A stretch of DNA of 62,895 bases, filler included. It is 5 parts of 5 records of this genome, joined end to end, with 100 filler letters (N's around TTAATTAATTAA, not from the genome) between each part and the next. Parts side by side here need not be neighbours in the genome. Positions count along the whole stretch, not along the records: positions 17,193 to 29,068 come from SRR7504441_2034; positions 29,169 to 42,633 come from SRR7504441_2044; 3 more parts are not named here. The stretch is one strand, 5' to 3'. Positions 24,171-38,131 of the stretch are shown here, in pieces. Under the pieces are notes generated by a model, which made no database searches, had not been told where the DNA came from, and worked only from the letters and a program-made list of their open reading frames with translations. The position numbers were made by a program, and so were the translations under genes. Within the stretch, counting starts at the first letter, position 1; each line of letters begins with the position of its first letter.

Positions 24171-27100
24171 ATGGATCGCTTCTCACTTGATGATGATCCC
24201 ACGTGATCAGTGATCTGACACTGACTCAGCGACTGAGCGGACTGCTGCACGAATCAGGGCGATTTCGGACCGAAGCCGACGAGAGCACCTGGCAGGTGTC
24301 TGGAGCCTGAGCTTGGATAGCTCTCTGGGGCACGGCGACTCATGATTGAGCACGCAGCCTCCGGAGAGGCCGTCCTGGCCGGGGAGGCTTGGATCCGGCT
24401 CTTGCAGTCTGAGGACGAGGACGTCCGGGCGGCAACCCGGGCGATCACCGAACTGAAGTGCAAACTAGCCGAGGCCGAGAAGCTGTCTCGTGAGCGGGAC
24501 TCGACACTGGGTTCGGGGAGGGGGAGTCAGCAGCTTCAGGATCAGGCCGACCTGGCCAATGATAACGCCCGGCAGCTGCGCTCGGAGGTGGATGGGCTGC
24601 AGAGGCACAACACCCGGCTGAACGCTCAGGTGCAAGAACTGGAGGAGGCGCGGCTGACAGCCCACACTCGGCTCGCCGACGGCGCTATCGAGGCTGAGCA
24701 GCTCAAGGCTCAGTTCGCCAGTTGCAGCGCCGAGTGTAAACTGCTCCGATCGCGGTGCCTTGCGGCTCAGGAGGCCAGGGACCAGGCGCTTACCGAGCTG
24801 GAGGTCTGCCGTGCCGGTCGTGACAGCGCGGTTCATTCGCTGTCCGCCAGCCAGGCGCAGGTGGCTTCGTTGGAGCTGCGGGTTGCCCAGGCGAGTGCGG
24901 AGCTCGGGGCGTGCGGTCAGAGAATAGCGATGGCCAGCTCACAGCGCCAGGGTCAGCTCGAACGAGAGAAGGCGCAGGTAGACGATCTGCAGTGCCAGCT
25001 ACTGGCCGCCAAGACTGCCGCTATTGATGCACAGGCTGTGAATGCAAAGCTTGAGGAGCAGCTGCAGACTGCTGTCAATAAGAACCAAACACTGAATGCG
25101 GAATTGGAGCAGTGCCGGGCAGACGCTGCGGAGCAAGCCCTTGGCCAGCCCAGTACCGGGCAGCGTGCCAATCAGGTGGAAGCCGGCAGCCCACTTATAT
25201 CAAGTGAACAGCCACAGAAGCGGGCGAGGCCTGTGGATGCCGCGGATGTCGCAGCTGGGAGGAGCTCAGTGGAACAGCTGCAGTTGGAACATGATCTGTC
25301 CCAGCTGCAGGCGAGCTGCGAGGCCCTGCAGCAAGAAGCCGAGCTGCTTCGGAATGAGCATTCTGCATGCTCAAGAGAGAATGAGGTGCTGCATGCCCAG
25401 AACGAGGACCTGGCAAGGCAAGTGAGACTGCTCCTGTATGAAGGGCTCAAACAGACACACCAAGTGCATCAGCTTGTGCGGCAGGCTGACAGCCTAGTTC
25501 CAGCATTTGGTCCCGCCGGTGCAGAAGCTGTGCCTGCTGCTGTGCTAGATTCGAGTGCCCAGGATGTCATATCCAAATACCTGGTCACATTCAAAGATGT
25601 CTCCGAACTGCAGCTAAGGAACGCTGAGCTGCTCCGCGTATCGAGGACGTTGGCACAGGACAAAGAGCGCAATGACGCCGAGATGGAGCACCGGTTGGAG
25701 CAAGCTCAGGCAGAGCTGATGAAATTGCGTGAATCGTCTCAATGGCAGGTGCACTAGACTGCTGTGTGCAAACCTACTCTTAGCACCCCGCTTTTAGTCG
25801 CTTGTGTGCCTTCCCTAAGTATGATGAGGCCTCAAAATTTATAACCAATGACACTGTCTTGATAATTATGCTCTTAGGCACAAGCTCTCAAGTCGATTGC
25901 TCTTCAGCAATCTGAGACGGAGAATGGATCAAGTGTACAAAGCTCCCAGCTTAAAGCTTTGGAAAGCGCTAGAGCTCAGCTCACGCAGGTGTGTGTTGTG
26001 CCGTGTTGTGTTAGCATGCTTAGGAACTCGTAATTTTGACTGTCTGCTTTGTGAAGGCAAATGTCAAAATACAATCTCAACAGGAGGACGCAGCAAGTGC
26101 TCACCAAGAGCTGCAGAAGCTAAGGAATGCTGTTCAGAACCTGGAACAAGCCAATCTGAAAATGTCAGCGCAGATTGTGCAGATGCAAACACAAGCTGTG
26201 GAAACTGCTGCAAAGAACGAAAGCGATTCAATGTATGTATTGCCATCTGCTGAGGCTGATTATGGGATGAAAGCTGCATCACAGAGTTCGGATGTTTTGC
26301 AGCAGCAGCAGGAGAACATGCAGCTGCAAGAACTGATAGGTAGCATCAAAAGGTCCAGTGAAACTATGGCAGGCGCTGACAGAGGTGTAGTTGAGCTTCT
26401 CACAAACAAAGTAGGCAAACTGGACGCAGAGAAGAAAGTACTTGCATCAAAACTCATTGAAAGTCAAGCTGCTGTTGAGCAAGCAACGCGGTTAATGAAG
26501 CTGAAGGAAAGGCAGTGGCAGAGTCAGCTTGACTCAATCAAGTTTCCCAGCATTCAAGGGGGCGAGAGGAGTGATCAAGATACCAGTCGCCCTGATGAAT
26601 CACCGTTGATCAAGAAACTTCAGGATGCCCTGGATTCTGCAAATGCTGAGATCAAGGTGCTCCTTGGGAGAGCAGCGCAGCATGAGCTGAATTTGATGGC
26701 ACAAGGCCATTCAACTGGGAGCAGAAGTGTCGCAGGTCTGCAAGCCCTCAGTGACGCAAATCCAGCCGAGGACCTGTACCACGCAGATATGGAACAAAGG
26801 GTTCAGCAGCTGCTGACTGAAAATTCTGAATTGAACAGCCAAATTCGTCAGAGCAAAAAGCTATTAGAAGCTGCAGAAGCCAACGGCGCAGCAGAAAAAG
26901 ATCAAATACAAGATCAACTGTCAAAGTCACAGAAGAAGTGTGAAGAGCTGGAAGCATCTATACAAAATTCGAGTCGAGAACTAGAGGTGCAGCGTCAAGC
27001 AACAGCTGACGTCAGGTGTGATGTTACAATGTACGCACGAATGCATCGAGAGGCAGTTACAAATTTTGAACAAGAGGTGCCTAGCTGTAGATCTAGGGTG

Positions 27101-29068
27101 TTTAGAGTTTGAATGCTTGATCTTTGCAGGTAGAACTGCATGCAAAAGACTTGACAGCTCTGTCAGCAGCCCGACAGGAGATGACTCAATTGCGGGCAAA
27201 GCTCAGTCAGCAGGGCCGCCAGCCACTTAATGTAGCTCCAGCCGTGCGGCCAGGAGATGCAAATCCCTCTCAAGTGGACAAAGCCGCGCCAAATGCTGAA
27301 GCAGGCGCTGAGACTAATGTAGAGCCTCATCCGCTTGCTGAATTAATCAACCGAATCGACAGCACTTCTAGTCGTGATCTGGCAGTCCAGCAGCAGAAGA
27401 ATGCTATTCTGACCGACCAAGTCGCACAACTCGAAGGAGGGGCTGCCCTTGTTGCACAGGCAGAGGAGCTTGCAGAACTCAGAGTGATGAAAGATCAAGC
27501 TCAGGTGTGGCAACAGGATCGGGACAGTGCTCAAGCACAGATTGTAGAGCTGAAACAGGAATTGGCATCTAACCAAAAATTACTGAATGAAGCCCGCATC
27601 GAGGCCAAACTTGTCACTGATGCGTCATTGCTGCCCACAGGTGATGCTGCTGCTGACTCGAGCAAGCAAGCAGAGCATGAGCTAGTCAAGCGCAGCAACG
27701 TCATTCTTGGGCACGACTACACTAGTGCGAGAGCCAAAATCAATGACCTTGAGGAGCAGATCAGGGTACTGGAAACACAGAAAGAGCAAGATGCGGCACA
27801 AATGCAAGAATTGCGTGCAGTGTGTGCTGCTGAGAGTGCAGGAAAGTCAGTAGCAGAGGAGGAGCTGAAATCATGGAAAAAGTGGATACTCGATGACGAA
27901 AAGACAGGAATGGATCAGAAGTCAATAACACAACTTCAACAGGAGTTGGCCAAATTGCGAACAGAACACTCCACGGCAATGACCACTGCATCAGCTGCAA
28001 GTGCTGAAATTGAGAGTCTGAGGACCCAGCTTTCTGCTGCTCTTGACAGCAACAAAAAGCAGATGTTGAACGTAGAAGAGCTTACAAAGGAGAAAGGCAA
28101 GCAGCAAAGTGAAATGACCGCACTGTCAAAAGAGGCTGCAGCTAACTTGGCCGACTTGAACAAGATTCGGCAGCAAATTTCATCGGATGAGCGGCTTCAC
28201 ACGGAGCAAATGACGAAGGCAGCTAATGAACATCAGGCCACACTAACAGCTCTTCATGAAGCTCAACAGCATGCCGTTGATTCGGAGGCAAATGCTGGAG
28301 CACAGGAGCTGCAGCAACAGTGCAAAAGTTTGGAGGAAGAGTTGCGCCTCGCTAAGCAGAAGATTTTGGAGCTTCAAGAACAAAGCAAGTCACTTGATCG
28401 TCAGGATGACGTGAATCAGCGTCAAGAGCAGCTGACCCAGGCGTGTCAGACGCTTCAGGAGTACAAAGCAATTGTAATTTCTCGAGACAAGGAGCTTGCG
28501 GATTTGAAGTCACAATGCGAGAGTCATTCCTCTGAGCTTAAAGCAAAATCACGCTCTTTTCATGGTGAAATTCAAGGTCTACAGCAACGTTGTAGCGAGC
28601 TGCAAGATGAGCTTGACTGTCACAAAAATGTCCAGGCTAGGCTGGAAGAGCTTCAATCTTTATTGCTACAAAAAGAGAAGATCGCTTCTGATGCCATCCA
28701 TCAGCAGGAATTGCTCAAATTACAACTGCGCCAAACAGAAGATAGTATGTTCACTGCCCAGAGCATGGCGATAAATACAAGTGTCCGAAGCATCTCAGGG
28801 ATGGGATCTGGTCTTCAAGGAGCTTCTACATCTCGCTTAGGGGCGGAAGCTAGAGCCACTGGTGGTGCCAAGCCTTCACAAATTACATCAACTGAAAGGG
28901 ACAGCGCGGCTGCAGCCGCTGAAAACACAAAGAACCTAGCTAAAGCTGAGCAGGGAACTGAACGTGACCCAGTCGAGGAGTTGGCAAGTACAAATCCCGC
29001 AGACCAGAGGGACCCAGTGGTGGAAGAGCAGGTGGATTTGGGTGCTGCAGAGGACGAGGGTAGTGAAG
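24171..29068 (+). CDS. TPR: Nuclear basket nucleoporin TPR/Mlp1-like coiled-coil protein; 3'-truncated
   Basis: Long coiled coil with TPR hallmark blocks DLARQVRLLL, VISKYLVTFKDVSELQLRNAELLRVSRTL and NFEQE|VELHAKDLTAL. Several GT-AG introns; start inferred by splicing. Confidence 0.78.
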
Positions 29069-29168
29069 NNNNNNNNNNNNNNNNNNNNNNNNNNNNNNNN
29101 NNNNNNNNNNNNTTAATTAATTAANNNNNNNNNNNNNNNNNNNNNNNNNNNNNNNNNNNNNNNNNNNN
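29069..29168. other. Artificial contig linker
   Basis: N-run, TTAATTAATTAA, N-run. Confidence 0.97.
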
Positions 29169-29420
29169 TTGTGGTTCTTCGTGAGCAATGCGGCCCGGGT
29201 CCACGGTGAAATTGCCGTATACATTGGGGCTCCGGTGGCGCTTGTTGTTGGGGGCGTGGCGAGCTGGGCCTGGTTCTACTCGATCTCAACAACTAAGAGG
29301 CTTATAGAGAGCGCCAACATTGGCGAGATCAAGTCCGAGCCGGCGCCGGGGGGACAAGAGTGCGTACGATTTGGCAACGAACCGATAGAGATCGAATTCG
29401 TCTTGGAGATGCGCAAGTAG
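29169..29420 (+). CDS. 3' fragment of a membrane protein
   Basis: Open from the contig edge; hydrophobic IAVYIGAPVALVVGGVASWAWFY; stop at 29420. Confidence 0.35.
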   Translation: MWFFVSNAARVHGEIAVYIGAPVALVVGGVASWAWFYSISTTKRLIESANIGEIKSEPAPGGQECVRFGNEPIEIEFVLEMRK

Positions 29421-29757
29421 TTTGATAAATTTATTAGTTGAAGCGCAGATAAGTTGCAGACAGACGTACGTCGCGATAGGTTTGCAGGGCCACCGTGAGG
29501 GTGAATTGTTCAAACCATAGATGGCTTTATTCAACCGAAGCGCTTTGCCCTCAAACTGGTCCCGTGTAGCACTCAGGAGCCTCCATGTAGATCTCTTGCC
29601 CGGCACCCAGCCTAAGGCTTGCATTTGCTGCCAACATCTTGCTACAGGTAGTCTACGTACCACAGCTGCAGGTCAAGGTCATCATTTTCTTTTTGGCGCG
29701 AAGCCCAGATCGTGAAAACTGCGCGCGTGCCGGTCGTCGTGTCGCGCCGGAAGCGCA

Positions 29758-32026
29758 ATGTTACGGGCGGCGGTGCTGCTGCGGAGGGGGCTGGCCCGGC
29801 GGTACTGCGCCGGGGCTGCTCCGGTGATCAACGTGGCGATCGTGGCGCACGTGGACCACGGGAAGACCACGCTGGTCGACTGCATGCTAAAGCACTGCAA
29901 CGAGCAGCACGGCGACCGGGCGATGGACTCGCTCAGCCAGGAGCGCGAGCGCGGAATCACCATCATGAGCAAGGTGACCTCGATGAGCACCAACGGGTTC
30001 CGGTACAACGTGGTGGACACCCCGGGGCACGCCGACTTTGGCGGGGAGGTGGAGCGGGTGATGGGGATGGTGGACGGGGTGGTGCTGCTGGTGGACGCCA
30101 CCGAGGGCCCGATGCCCCAGACAAAGTTCGTTGTGGCCAAGGCGCTCAGCGCCGGGCTGGACCTGGTGGCGGTGCTGAATAAAGTGGACCGGGATAGCTC
30201 GGACTGCACTCGGGTAGAGAACGACCTGTTCGATCTGCTCGTCGACCTCGGAGCCACAGACCAGCAGCTCGAGTTCCCGTTCCTGTACGCCTCGGCCAAG
30301 CAAGGGTACCCCTCCCCCCCTGGGCCGGTCGAGCGGCCGGAGCAGCTGGGTTTCAACGGATACGGAGCGCACGTCGGATGTGACGGCACTGTTCTCGACT
30401 ATTGCCGACCACATTGGGCCGCGCACGCCGGCTGAAGCGGCGGGTCTGCCGTTCAGGATGCTGGTGAGTATGATGGAGTACGACCAGGCGAGCTGGCCCG
30501 GCTGCTCGGCTCACTGGCTGGCAGTTTGTTGGGCGGGTGCTCACTGGGAGAATCAAAGAAGGAATGGTCCGAGTGAACGACGAGATCCGCGCGCTCGACA
30601 TGGACGGCAACCAGTGCGATAGAGGCAAAGTGACCAAGATTCAGGCCCCTCGCGGGCTGGGCCGGTGAGGACAGCGGCTGAGCGGTCTGATGGGGCTGTA
30701 GGGAGAACCTGGACGTGGCGAGCCCGGGTGATGTGATCATGATTGCGGGGCTGTCTAAGGCCACGGTCTCGCACACTGTGTGCAGCCCGGTGCCTGCGTT
30801 GCCGGCCCCACTGACGGCGGCAGCAGGCGGTGGAGGCAGCCCTGCCCGCGCCCTCGATAGATCCACCGACCATCTCAATGATGTTCAGTGTGAATGACTC
30901 GCCACTCGCTGGTGGCCCCAGCCTGCGGACTGAACTAACGCTGAACAGGGCGAGAGGGGAACAAACTGACCTCTGCCATGATCAGGGTAGGCAGCGCTCT
31001 GGGCGCGTGCTGATAACGGATGTTAGGACCGGGTCCGGAAGGAGACTGAGAATAATATATCGTTCAGCATCGGGGAGTCGCCGGATGGCAGCTCGGAGGG
31101 AGTGCTGGTGATGGCGCGTGGCAGCATGCAGCTCGGGATCCTGATTGAAGACATGCGCCGGGAGGGGTTCGAGCTGTCTGTGGGCCCGCCACAGGTGCTG
31201 TTCAAGGAATCGGAGAAGGGCAAGAAGCTTGAGCCCATAGAGGAAGTCTTCTGCGAGATGGGTGAAGCTTACAGCGGTGAGCACAGCAAGCTAGTGCCAG
31301 CCATGACTTGATGCAGGGGTGGTAATGGACGCGCTTGCCGCACGCAAGGGCGAGGTAGTCGAGATGACGCCAGCAGTAGGAGGCCGCTGCAAGATCGTTG
31401 CACAGTGAGTCCCGAGCGTGCGCTCGGTCTGAGCCCAGCTCGCAGTGTCCCATCTCGGACCCTGATGGGCTATCGCGGGGATTTCAACACCAGCACGCAC
31501 GGGACAGGCGTAATGTTCTGCAGCTTTCACGGCTACGAAGACTACAGGGGTGGGACGATCAATATCAGGCGCGGGGTTATAGTTTCAACTGACAAGGGCG
31601 ATGCCACCGCGTACTCGCTGAGTAACTGTGTGAAATCACTGCGTGCTGACCGGCATGTTCCATAGGTGCGATTGAGCCTCGGGGCGAGCTGTTCATCAAG
31701 TCTCAGCAGCCAGTGTACCAAGGAATGATTATAGGCGAGCATTCCAAATCCAACGACATTGAGGTAACACTTGGCAGCCATCATGCTCTGACGCGGGTTG
31801 GCAGGTGAACCCTACCAAGGCTAAGCAACTCACCAACATGCGTGCTTCTGGCACTGACGAAGCGATTCGTCTAGCGCCTCCGAGACTGTCTAGCCTGGAG
31901 GAGTCGATGGGGTACATTCAAGACGACGAGCTGCTCGAAGTGACTCCTACCCGCATATCGATGCGCAAGGCGCACTTGGATCCATCTTCTCGCAAACGTG
32001 CGATGCGCAAGTCAGCACGGTCATAA
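29758..32026 (+). CDS. typA: Organellar (probably mitochondrial) translational GTPase TypA/BipA, multi-exon
   Basis: Presequence-like [102 protein letters not shown]. Introns about 37-42 nt, including GC-AG 30488-30524. Confidence 0.93.
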
Positions 32027-32206
32027 ATTCAAGCATGCAAGTATTAACGTGTATTCATCAAACTCTGAATGAGTGAATGCTGCGTTGAATTTAGCGGTGT
32101 GCTAATGTACGAGTTTCTGATTTTTAACTTAATATCCTTTCTAATAGCTACGTAGTTAAGTAGATCAAGCTCCTTATCAAGCTCCATCATCGAGTAATTT
32201 CAAGTA

Positions 32207-35200
32207 TCAAGCATTGTCTTTGAAATACTGAGCATGTTCATTGAACGTCGCCGCGCTTAGCCAATCACACAACACCTGCAGCACATCCGTATAAATTGAA
32301 TTCGGCTAAATTAACACGCCCAAGCTACGGAGGTCACCTCTGCGGAGCTATAGGGCGGAATCCGCAAGATTCTCTCACATGTAGATGTGGACGGCGGCAC
32401 AGAGTCGTGCGCAATGCCAGACTCTTTTGCCCATTGCGGGATGTGGTTCGTGAGCACACTAAGTCTCGGCTTGAGCTGTTTCAGCCCACCTACTGGAAGA
32501 TTGGGACTACTGGTACAGAATCTGAGGAATGCTCGCCGCTGCGGATCGGTGGCCGCTGAAAGATACTCTAGGACAGCCTGGTACAGAGGGTCATCCTGCG
32601 TAACTTCGCCCTGGCGGCCATCAGATTTGAACTCGATTACCTTTGCTAGCTCAGCGACCTGCAAGCTAGACTCAGCTGGCGGACACAAGTTAGATGCACC
32701 GTCCAGTCCTCAGTGCCCAGCACCCCGTCTCCTTCCAAGAGACTTCGAAGTTCGTGCGGGGAGAAAACCGACAGCCGACTCACCTGCATTGCAACAGCTC
32801 AGCCAGTACGAATGCTCATTCTGACCGGAAAGCATTCATTCACTCCATCGCAGAGAGCTTTGAACTGACAGTGCACTCGGCCATGTAGAATCTTGGAAGT
32901 AGCTAAGTGGCAGTATTCGCCACGATTCTCGACAGTCACCCTCTGACTTACGAACTGCTCATCGCCGTAGTCGCCCAGGTCATCAAAGTGCAACTCAAGA
33001 GCCTCCAAGTCCTCCACGCTATACCCTTTGAGCGCAGCAAGCGAATTGCTGTACTCTTTGTCTACTATGCAAAGCTGGTCGCCAGTTATGGGCTTGCCAC
33101 ATAGCACTTGATACACGGGGAGCGCCAGTGGGATATCTATTAAGTGTTGCTCCATCAGTGCTCGGCCGAGCACCCTGCCTAAATGCTGAAACCACGCCAG
33201 AACCCGGCTCGACTCCTCCGGATCAGTGTGAGGTAACTCAGCAGGAAAAAGCCCAGAGGCAGCTTCAGCCTCCGGGAGTCTCCACAACTTGAGTTCTTGG
33301 CGCCGAAGAGCTTGGGATGCAAGCGTAAAGAAATCCTGATTCACCCCAGAGCCCACCGAAGCCGCATCGGAATACACAAATACTAACTTGTCCGGCCTTG
33401 CTGCGTGCTTCTTTAGTATTGCTACAGCCTCGTCGCCAGCATTTGCTCGAGTCAGCGTGACCTCTACACTGCGGAGCCGCCCCATTCGGAATCTTTGTGG
33501 GTCATTGGCCAGTTCGTGCTCTTGTGTGAAGTGTACTGCCCGGGATACACCAAACGCAGTGCGGAAGAAAAAGCTTTCGCGCTCATCCGGCGCAAACAGA
33601 GCTGGCAGATACGATGGCAGTGACGCACACCATCGGGGCCAAGCTTGAGAACATAAAGTGACGCAGTCCTGCAGCTGCTGGTGCAGTGCGCTCGTTAAAT
33701 ATTCGGAAGATGGCACGACGGTTGCTACAGGGGTGGAAAACATCCCTGAAAGAGAAACATGTCAATCAATGCCTGCAAGGGGCGGGCAGAGCTACCAGAT
33801 CGCTTCGTCAGCTTGCGAGCACCAAAGCGCTTTTCCATGCAGTCGATAAGCAGCAGCAAAGCGATGGCACACCGAAGCGCTCGCGATTCAGCTGGTATGT
33901 GCTCTGGAAGCTGCCAGTTGGCAATGGTGTGATCCCACTGCGTGAGTGCCACCCTTTGGGACTGTGGAGCCAACGTGTCAACAGTTGCGTCGTTTGGATC
34001 TAAGCTCAAAGAGCTGGCATTCGGGTCGGCGTCCTCGCCTTCATCTTCATCGACCTTGGTGAACACAATCCGGTATCTGCAGTCCCAAGGACTTCGTCCA
34101 GGAGTATCCAACTGCACAAATAGCCGGTTTGCCGCCTGCAAGAGAGTTGAACCCCTGAGAATTGGAACGCGAGGCGCGTTTTTGCTGCTGCTGAGGGTGA
34201 GGTGTAGCTTGAATTGGCTGGAATGCCCAGAATGCACGCGGCGCAGCATTTGAATAGGATTGCTCTGCTCAGTCTCTGATTCTGCGGAGGATTCCTCTTC
34301 AGGATTGAACGCGACCAGGCCTGAAAACTGTCGCTGAAGGGTCATCCCGGCGTGCATGGCGGGGCGCTGCAACGGTTGCAGCTCGGCAACCGGCACATTG
34401 GTTGTCGCCAAACCTTCGACTGCTCGGCTGTACTCGACATCCACATGAGTGCGTTCAGCATCCACAGCGGTTATCACTCCGCGAGTCCGGCTCTCTTGGT
34501 GCATGCAAAGGGATCCCACACTGGGCCAGTCCTCGGCTTCTGCAAAGTGTCGGCCCCAGCGCATCAGCTCTTCTCCGGATGTGACGGGCCAGGCGAGTAC
34601 CTCCACGTGTAGATCCCCTGAGTCGCCCTCCAAGAAGCACCGCAGCGGCTGTTTGAGCATCTCGAGCCCGTGTGCAGCACCGCGCGACCTATTGGACAGC
34701 ACGGGTAGATTCTGGAGAGTGGAGATCGTTCCGTGCAGGAGCTCAACCACACAAGCGAGCCTCGCCTCAGCGGCCTGTGCAGTTCGACCGGCCATTTTGC
34801 ATGCCTTGATAGCCTCATCAAGATCTGCTTTGTTTGCTCCATCGGTCCCGTCGCGCAGGACACGGCTGAGGGTAATCTCGTGCTTTTCGAGCAGAGGGTC
34901 ATGCTTGAGAAACTGTGCCCATGCTGCCCATTCAACATCCTCGGCATCGGACCCAGGCGTGTTTGGTACTAGCCTTCCCTGATAGAGCGCTTCAATTAAG
35001 GCTTCACAGGCCGTAGAGTCCAAAGACCCACTGGGAGTGGTCACTGCATTCACTAATGCCTCTGCAAAACCCGAGCTAGCGGCCTGAGAGGGCAGCACGT
35101 CACCAACATTACCGTCCGATAGCAACTGCACTGTGCTTGCTAGATTGTTTGCAGAGAGGTTTTTACACAGCTTTTCGAGGCTAATGGTGTCGAGCTCACG

Positions 35201-37991
35201 GTATAACCGAGCTGGAATAAGTGCTTGGGCTTTGGCGAGATTGTCGGCCGCATTTTCGTAATTCTCTCGCCAGCGTGTGCTAAAAGCCGACTGGCGGACA
35301 AAATCTAGTATCTGAGTCTCTTGTTCTGTCCACTCGGTGACGTCAGAGGAAGGAAAGTAATCGTATGATGGAGATAGCAGGGATCGGCGTCCAGCACCAC
35401 AAGTGTAGCCTAGACGAGTCAATATATCCCGACCATTGGGGTGCTTCAGGACTGCCTGCGAAAGTCGCGGCACCTCGCGGGACGAAGAGTGCTGCAGGAT
35501 CACAGAGCGCGGCATTGGTTTGCCGGGTCCAAAATGCTCTTCTGAGATCGCAGCCAAAAGCTCCTGGGAGGCTGTTGCGTTACTCACAGAAATAAGCAGA
35601 AATGGCATGGACTCGAGAACTTGGGCGCCCACGATGTGCACATTGTAGCGAACGAGCCGCTCGACAACTTTGGCGCCGCAAGCGAGCGATGTAGCCATCA
35701 GGCATGCACCATTCTTGACAGAGCAGCCGTCGTAAGGAGAATTGAGCAGATCTGTGATTAGCTGGGCTAGAACGAGTACAGTAGGGGAGCCATCGTCCAA
35801 CACTTGTGTTGTCACGCCAAGTTTGTTGGCCATCGATAGGATCTCCTCTAGCAGGACTGAGCACCGCGACCGCACGCTACTCCCTTTCTTGGTGCAGTCA
35901 AGCAAGGCAGAGACGATCCCTTCCACCGTATGTGCATCGTCGGAGCACCAGCCATCGGACAACTCGAATTGCTCCTCCACTTTGTGTCCAGCAGTCTGTC
36001 CCGAGATTGCACTATCCTCTTCACAGCTGCGCTCCAGGACCTCATAAAATGAGACAAAGTCCCCAAGAAACTGAAGCGCAGGGCGGGCGTCCACCTCAGG
36101 TTCCAGCTCGACGCCAGGAGCCCGAATCTGTCCGTCGGAGCAAATTGGGGGCGGCACCATCAGCAACTCCTCTGCTGGGCAGAACCCTGTCCCGTAGTCG
36201 CACGACACCTTCACAAAGTCGCTGTGCGTGCTTTCGCCTGCTTGAAGCACAACCCTCCCGTCGCCAAGCTCTCCCAGAACCTCGGCATCGGAACCAGCAG
36301 ATGCAAACACCTTGATGCTACCCCGGCGCTGCGGAGATTCCCGGTGGGTGTGGTCGCTTGCAGCTTGCAGCGACCACACGGCATACCTCGGTGTACCAGC
36401 CCACGCAGCCAGCTCGTCGTCCTCGGCCGCCTGAAGCAGCTCAAGCAGCGCGTCAAAGTCGCCCATCTCGGCTTTGCCGCCGGCCTCGGCCTTGGCCCGA
36501 ATGCAGCGCTCGAGCGGCTTCTCCTTCTCCTTGCCACTCCTGGCCTTCGGGTTGGCCCCATGCTGCAGCAGGGCCGCAGCAGCCGCACAGTTGCCGGAAG
36601 CCCCCGTGTAGTACAGCGGACTGCCGTAGCTATATTCATAGTTTGGGTTGGCTCCGTAGTCGAGCAGAATTTGGACCGATTCCGGCGAGCCCATGTAAGA
36701 AGCCCAAATCAGCCCATTGGCACCCACTGCACAATCTCCCGACGGCGCAAAAGCAGCATCTGGGTCCGCACCTGCCCAGCCTCAGCTGCGGCCTCCGGGC
36801 TAACCCACCACTGGCTAGCAGGTCCTCCAGCCCCTCCAAGTCGTTCTGCTTGACAAGATCGGCAATCTCCTGAGCAGCCGTCGCCTCCTCGCTCCCACCA
36901 TGCGCCTTGTCCTCTTTCACCTTGCCAGAGCCGAACCGCGCCTGCACAGCCGCTGGGCGGTCCAGCTATATACCCGGGGCACCTTGACGTGCTCTGGGCC
37001 CAGAAGCAGCGCAGTGGCAGCCCCGCCTAGCAAGTTGATCGCTGCGTCCACGCACTCGGCCGGCAGCGGCTGGCTCGCCAGCCGCTGCACTGCTTCCACA
37101 GTGGAGCACTGCCCGGCCGACGAGCTCACTAGCTGCCGTATCCCCTCCTCGCTGTGGCAAAACCCGAACGCGCACTCCAGCGCAGCCTGTCCTGGTGGTG
37201 AGCATCGGGGTGCCACCCGGGCTCACCTCTACTGAGACAACGTCGACAGCCGACGCGCAAAACTCGTTGACCAGCGCCCCGCGCACCGCGTCGGTGCACG
37301 GCAGCGGGCCCATATCGGCCCGGAGCAGCGCCTGGTTCAGCGTGCACAGCAGCTTGAACACTTTATCAGCGACTCCGCCGGCCGAGAGAAGAAGAGGCGT
37401 GGTCTGCACCACTTCGTCGCGCACGGCCGACAGGCTCTCGGCGCTCACGAAGCGGGCCGTGTTGGTGAGTAGCTGGAGCAGCCGGCCGATGTCCTGCGGC
37501 GGCAGCTGGGTGCCGTGCCGGTTCATCAGCCCGATCGCCGGGCCGTGGACATTGTGCCCGGCCAGGTCCGACCCGAAATGCTCCGAGATGGTAGCCAGGA
37601 TCTTCACGGCCTCGCCGACCAGCATCAGCCCGCGCGGCTCGGCTGGGTCGTAGCCGAGGATCAAGTCACAAACGCCCGGGGCGATTGCCAACGCCGGCTT
37701 GGCAGCCTGGGCGTTCTCTTCTAGCATGTAGTTGAGCCCGCGCAGCAGATGCTCCTGGAGGCCGTCGATGAACGGCAGCGCCCGGTCGAAGACCTTGATC
37801 AGGGCCGGGATGAACGACTGGGGCGGGTACATGGCCACCCGCTCGTCTATCCCGGGGAGCAACGCGAGTGTGGTGCACATGTTGACCACCGCGTTGCACT
37901 GGTCTTGCTGGACGAACATGAGCGTGTCGAAGTCTTCATCGCCCAGCCCAGACAGGTCCTGATCCAGCTGCTCCAAGGTGTCGCTATCCAT
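32207..37991 (-). CDS. HECT E3 ubiquitin ligase with ARM-like N-terminus, ankyrin repeats and SH3-like segments (HECTD1/TRIP12/UPL3-like)
   Basis: Ankyrin LIWASYMGSPESVQILLDYGANPN and ALLQHGANP. HECT LFAPDERESFFFRTAFGVSRA, GSGVNQDFF, LGRVLGRAL, QRRAFLRFCTSSPNLPVGG, catalytic PSTSTCERILRIPPYSS. Last exon ends AQYFKDNA* (32207). Confidence 0.85.
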
Positions 37992-38111
37992 CCCGCGTAC
38001 GGGAAGCCTCCCGAGCAGCAGTGTGCCACTGGCCCCACAGCGGTTGGGAGCCGTTGTCGAGGCGGTGAGACAGCTGCAGCGCTGCAGCCAAGACAGCATA
38101 CTCGCACGCAG

Positions 38112-38131
38112 ACCCTAACCCTAACCTAACC
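38112..38131. repeat. Short interstitial telomere-like (CCCTAA) tract about 120 nt upstream of the HECT gene
   Basis: accctaaccctaacctaacc. Confidence 0.55.

Noticed and set aside
29758-32026. Bacterial contamination suggested by typA (and ftsZ)
   Set aside because: Both genes contain spliceosomal introns and presequences and sit among clearly eukaryotic genes.
38112-38131. Chromosome end (telomere)
   Set aside because: Only about three units, internal to the contig; at most a telo-box-like element.
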